A stretch of 64,000 nucleotides of DNA, taken from contig JBHGNT010000112.1 of NCBI GenBank assembly GCA_043228905.1, positions 1-64,000 of the forward strand, given 5' to 3'. Shown here piece by piece: positions 58,501-64,000 of this stretch; the first letter of the stretch is position 1; each line of letters opens with the position of its first letter. A model generated the notes under the pieces. It had not been told where the DNA came from. It did not search any database and worked only from the letters and a program-made list of their open reading frames with translations. The position numbers and the translations under genes are program-made. The stretch is from Azolla caroliniana (taxonomy: Eukaryota > Plantae > Polypodiophyta).

Positions 58501-60793
58501 CACGACGTCCGGTGAAGACTCAGATCATTCACCCCAATCGGTTGACAACAAGTATGAAATGAAGAAGGCCCCGGAGGTGACCAAAGGAAAACTCCATCAA
58601 TTGAACCAACAAAAGAACCTGATAATTAGGTTCAGGTACAATGAGTACATGGGGCACCACTATGCATTCATGATGAAGGTCGCAACAAACCAACAACCCA
58701 AGACTTACAAAGAAGCTGCCCAAGATCCCCATTGGATTGTGGCAATGAGGGAGGAGATGTGCGCTTTGTTTGACAACAATACTTGGGATTTAGTTCCATC
58801 CTCTAAAATCAAGAAAATGCCAACTGGTTGCCGCTAGGTGTTCAAGATAAAGCATAATACGGATGGCATGGTCAATCGGTTCAAGGCTCGGCTAGTCGCC
58901 AAAGGGTATGCTCAAACCCATGGCATAGACTAGGAGGAAACATTTGCTCCGGTGGCAAAAATGTCCACTATCAAGACTATAATTGCACTCGCAGCAGTGA
59001 AAGGTTGGCACTTGCATCAAATGGGTGTGCAGAACGCATTCCTCCAAGGTGAGCTTGAGGAGAAAGTTTACATGATGCAACCACCTGGTCTTCGAATCGA
59101 GCAAACATTCACTTGCAGTTTGCCGATTGAAGAAGCCACTCTATGGACTGAAGCAAGCCCCAAGAACATGGCATTCAAAGATTACAACATATCTTCACGA
59201 CATTGGCATCTGATAACTCATTGTATATCCGGAACAATCCCAAAAGCCTCATCTTCTTAATCTTGTATGTCGATGACCTTATCATCGATGGAGAAAGCCT
59301 CATCGAGACACAAAAGATAAAAAAGTTGCTTTTAGAGAAGTTCGAGAAGAAGGATCTAAATGACTTACATTATTTTCTCGGCATTGAGGTCATTCAAACT
59401 CTAGAAGGGCTCCTACTCTTACAATGACACTATGTGTTGAACTTGCGTTACAAGTTCGGAATGACCGAGTGTAAGTCCATCTCGACACCCCTTGATTGAA
59501 ATATGAAGCTAACTGCAAATTCTGGCAAATACTGCGAGTCGACACAGTATCGCCAAATAAATGGGAGTCTTATCTACCTAATTATCACCCGACTAGTCCT
59601 CAGCTATTCGGTCGAGCTTCTTAGCCAGTTCATGCAAAGCCCCCCGTGACACTCACATGGACTATGCTAAGCGAGTGTTACGTTATGTTAGTGGAACACT
59701 TCATTATGGAATCTTCTATAAGCATGGAGTACCACTTCAACTCGAAGGTTTCACAGATGTTGATTGCGCGGGCAATGCATCTTATAGGCGATCCACTTCA
59801 GGATTTATGTTTTCACTCGGTAGTGGAGAAATCTCCTAGAGCAGCAAGAAACAACCAACAATCGCTCTATCAAGCAATGAGGCGGAGTATAGGGCCCTAG
59901 TTGTAGCTGCTTACGAAGCTGTATGGCTTAAAAGACTATTGAGGTTGATATTTTCCTTGAGGTGCTAGGTCTCAACAAGCTACGATAATTCTCAGTGGAT
60001 CTAGGCCTTAGGCCACTCGATATCCTGAGCTTGGGGGGAAGTACAAGTACAAAGGAGAAGGAAAACATGGAAAATCAGCACCATAAAAGAGGAAGAGTCA
60101 GACCAACATCGACAAAGTAAGGCCGGTATATCTAATCTGACTTGACCCAGCAAGTTAGAAGAAGAATTTTCAAAGCCCAAATTTTTTTAAGTTAGAGATA
60201 AACTTGACCTTCTCGGCACCATTGACAAGCTCGAAATTTTGGATCGACATGATTGACATGATCGACATTGCTGGATCAAGATTGAGTACATAGGAACAAT
60301 GGGAAAACCACGGTTTAGTAGTCCGACCAATTGCAGTCAGGTCTTCAACTACACCAAGACAACCAAGCTTAAGAGGACACATAATTGACCTTGAGAGGGC
60401 ATGTTGAGAATCAAGCTCAACTTGTGTGAACCTGTGCTTATGAAGAAAAGGAAGATGTGGGAAAAAGTGTGCTCAAGTGTGTGAGCACACTTTTTTGTAA
60501 TCTTTGTAGTTGTTGATTGTTAATGTGGTCAAAGGATAGTAGATATTCTTATGAAAATATCGTACTCAAGTGGATATGTTGGTTAGATTCCACCTCTAAA
60601 ACCCCCTTTTCCCATTCTGTTTTGTTGATGATATTTAGTTAATTAACATAGCTCTCTTCAGTGCATAAGTTGTCATCCCCCCTACTGCGTATTTTCTTAT
60701 TCTTTTATGGTTATTCTAAATTATTTCTTCTCTTGCTTATACACTCATACTCTCTCACACACACAACTCTTTTGAATACTCAACTCTACTAGA
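55528..60793 (+). mobile_element. Degenerate Ty1/copia (second family) with two diverged LTRs; 3' LTR end truncated
   Basis: LTRs 55528-55929 and 60402-~60793; decayed PBS TGATATAAGAG; gag ALPTEKLDRHNYASWEYKM; WFVDSGASNHM; LYVDDLII. No clean TSD. Confidence 0.85.
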
Positions 60794-61356
60794 AATTGTT
60801 GTTTTTGTCACAAGAAAAGTACATTGACAGATTTAATATAGCAAAAGCAAAGTCCCTTTGCGTTCCTTTGCCTTCATATCTTAAACTTAGCAAGGCTGAT
60901 TGTCCAAAGGATGAGATGGAAGTCAATGCTATGAAGGGAATTCCTTACGGATCAACATGTGGTTCTCTAATGTATCTATGGTAGCTACTCATCCAGATAT
61001 TGCTCTTGCAGTGGGATTTGTCAGTAGCTATACATCTAATCCTGGCAAAGCACATTGTGACAAGTGTGTTTTCAGGTATCTTAAAGGTACACAGAGAAAA
61101 TGTTTATGCTATGGGAAGAGTGCATTAAGTTTGCAGGGATATTGTGACATGGCAGGTGACTTGAATACACGCAAGTCTACTAGCGGGTATAATCTTATAG
61201 TTGTTGGTGGAGTAGTGTCTTGGTGCTCCAAATTGCAAAAGATTGTAGCATTGATTACTACTGAAGTTGAATATATTTTAGCTACAGAAGCTTCAAAGGA
61301 AGCTCTATGGCTCAACAGACTTGCTGAAGATCTTGGCATGTCTATTAGTACTCCCG

Positions 61357-64000
61357 TGTTAGACGGTGGAAAGTCACGAGGTATGTTTAGCAAAAGGGGG
61401 AGTTCCATGCCAAACCAAGCCAGTAAGACCAAGTCATGAGGTACGTTTGCCGCAATGCGGATATTGCGGCAAAACTGGTCCCCATGAAGAGGAGTGCCGA
61501 AAGAAGAAATGTTAGTCCGCTGACAATTCACCAATTACGCCACCAACTCTGACTATGATGACCATGGTAAAATGTTCGTCATAAGACATAGGGAAAATTC
61601 TATGTAGTCTCTAGTTCGACTAGTGCCTCTAGTCCAGAAGATATATGGTTCATCAACTAGTGCCTCGAACTATGTGACGTTTCATCAACAATGGTTTTGA
61701 GACCTGCGAGAGCCGGATTGACCTAGCTATGTTGAGACCGGAGACGATACCACTCATCCGATATGGCGCATCGGCAATGTCCAATTCATCAAAGAAGGAA
61801 ATCAGACATACATTCAAAAAGTCTTGCATTTACCGACCTTAACGAAGAATTTGGTCTTCGTTGGCCAAATTGTAGAATAGGGCATGCAAGCCGGTTCAAT
61901 CATGTTGGTTGCTTCATTGAAAAGGAAGCCTGACTAATCACATGCGGGCGAAGAGAGGGCCAAATGTTCATTCTCGATTCATAGGAGGTGAAATCGGCAA
62001 TTTATCGGCCACGTCAACCTCCAAAAGCTCAAGGGGATGCAACCAAAAGGAGTCGCTATAAGACTCCCTACATTTAAAGAAAAGGAAATCAATGGAGTAT
62101 GTGAAGCACGCCTATTCGGCAAGCAACATCAGCACCCATTCCCGAAAGAGAGGAATGTGAGCAAAGGTCTACTAGACATAGTCCACTTTGAAGTGTGGGA
62201 ACCGACACAGACAACCACATTCGGAGGATGTTGATACAACTTCCTGTTCATTGACGACTTCTCCAGACACACCTGGATTTATCCGATGCGCCACAAGAGC
62301 GAAGTATTCGCACATTTTCAAAAGCTCAAAAGCAGAGTTGAAAAAGAAACGGGTTGACATGTTTGATGTCTTCAATCGAACAATATTTCTTTGACGAATT
62401 TTCAGCCTTTCTCCGACAAGAAGTATTTCAGCGAGAATTTTCATGTCGACATACACCGCAATAGAATGAAGTAGCTGAATGAAAGAATCGGCACATCCTC
62501 AAAGTAGCAAGGGCCATGTTGAACGAAAAGCAATGTCGAAGTCATATTGGGCTAAAGCAACATGCACAGTTGTCTAGCTAATGAACCAATGTACATCTAG
62601 TGTGCACGATTACCCCTCACGAGAAGTACTGTGGAAAGAAATTGAATCTATCCCATGTAAGGATATTCGGCTCAATTGCAGACGTGCACATTCCCGATGA
62701 GAAGTGGCAAAAGCTTGACCCAAAATTAGAGAAGTGCATCCTCATGGGGTACTCCCTTGAAATGAAAGGTTACAAATGCTTCAACGTATCTACTCGAAAG
62801 GCTCGCGTAAGTTGGGACGTCGTGTTTGATGAATCGGCATCATGGTACGCACCTGAGCCGACTTTACCCTAATAAATCATGGTCAATTTTGAAGTTAACC
62901 TAGATGACGACGAACGGCTAAGGGCAACACCTAAGGAGAGTCCGATCTCAACCAGATTGAAACCACAAGAGGCTACAAGCGAGCAAAGCATGTCATGTTA
63001 GAGTTCGATATCGGAAAAAGGAAAGGCCAAAATACCCGAGTATGAGGACAATCACTCCGACGAGAGTGATGCAAATGAATTGGCACAAACAGTTGACAAC
63101 GATTTTGGTGTTCCCAACATGAGGACACCCGGAGTAAAGAATGTGCTCACAGCGGCAAACAAAAACCTTCATCACTCCACCCACGAGAAGAACCTAGCCA
63201 ACCGATTTCGTCTACGACTACATGGCATACCACAATGCCTTTATGATGAAGGTGGCAGCCATTCAAGAGCCAGAAAGTTTTGTCGAAGCCGTTAAAGATC
63301 CACGATAGGTCGAAGCAATGAATGAGGAGATGTCAGTTCTTAGTAAGAACGAGATTGGGGATCTTGTCCCCCACTCACCTCATAAGAAGGCAATCGGGCT
63401 GCAAAGGGATATACAAGGTGAAGTATAATGCTGATGGCTCCGTCAATCATTATAAAGCTCAACTCATAGCGAAAGGTTATGCATAGACACATGTAGTCGA
63501 CTATGAAGAGAACTTTGCCCCGATAACAAAGATGACAATTTGTTAGGACCCTGATAGCGCTTGTAGAAGCGAAAGGGTGGCACCTCCATCAGATGGATTT
63601 CAAGAATGCCTTTCTTCAAGGAGAGCTAAAAGAGGAGGTATACATCGTACAACCACCTGGATTTGAATCGTATACTCACCCACATGTGGTGTGCAAACTC
63701 AAGAAGCCTCTATAAGGCCTCAAACAAGCACCTAGCATATGGCACTCGAAGATAACACAATATCTTCATCGAATCAGCTTCAGAATGTCAAAATCTAACA
63801 ACTCTCTCCATGTAAGAAGTGATTATGGAAGTTCGATTTTCATCATCCTCTACATGGATGACCTTTTCATTGGCAGTGAGCAACTAGTCGACATCAACAA
63901 GGTCAAGTCCCTCCTCTCCGGAAAATTCAAGATGACGGAGATGAAAAAGCTTCATTACTTCCTAGGCATTGAAATAATTCGAACCTTTGATGACATCATG
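61357..64000 (+). mobile_element. Degenerate Ty1/copia internal region (knuckle, protease, INT, RT), running off the window
   Basis: CEARLFGKQHQHPF, VHIPDEKWQKLDPK, WHLHQMDFKNAFLQGEL, LYMDDL. Confidence 0.85.

Larger units (their letters stand above)
47900..61355 (+). mobile_element. Old AT-rich Ty1/copia pol serving as host for two nested Copia insertions
   Basis: Collinear pieces: 47918-49696 (LWHKRLGHMSQ, AERYNRTL), 54754-55527 ([24 protein letters not shown]) and 60794-61355 (LFLSQEKYI, VSWCSKLQ, TTEVEY). Confidence 0.85.

Overview
Eukaryotic, repeat-dense land-plant-type heterochromatin. Support: spliceosomal GT-AG introns, tRNA-iMet PBS Copia elements, TTTAGGG motifs, and many CG/CHG C>T nonsense changes. 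Most of the window is a nest of LTR retrotransposons: three full-length Ty1/copia copies with LTRs, PBS, PPT and 5-bp TSDs (16723-22251, 38088-43555, 49697-54748), several older degenerate Copia copies, Gypsy and chromovirus fragments, and a non-autonomous LTR element carrying a captured mitochondrial-HSP70 5' fragment (34636-37715). The standout is a ~7.5-kb non-retroviral unit at ~5.3-12.8 kb. It has an intact, intronless 926-aa DDD-type (Sola-like/DUF7869-type) transposase gene on the minus strand. Head-to-head with it lies a spliced gene encoding a ParB/Srx-like domain followed by an amino-(N6A/N4C) DNA methyltransferase catalytic region (GD...ADIPYG...LAW). That gene's first intron holds a 51-bp-period array of a 25-bp palindrome (GAACTCGATACG-N-CGTATCGAGTTC). 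This looks like a DNA transposon carrying its own DNA-modification enzyme and candidate binding sites. All family assignments are from motif recognition by eye; no database searches were run.
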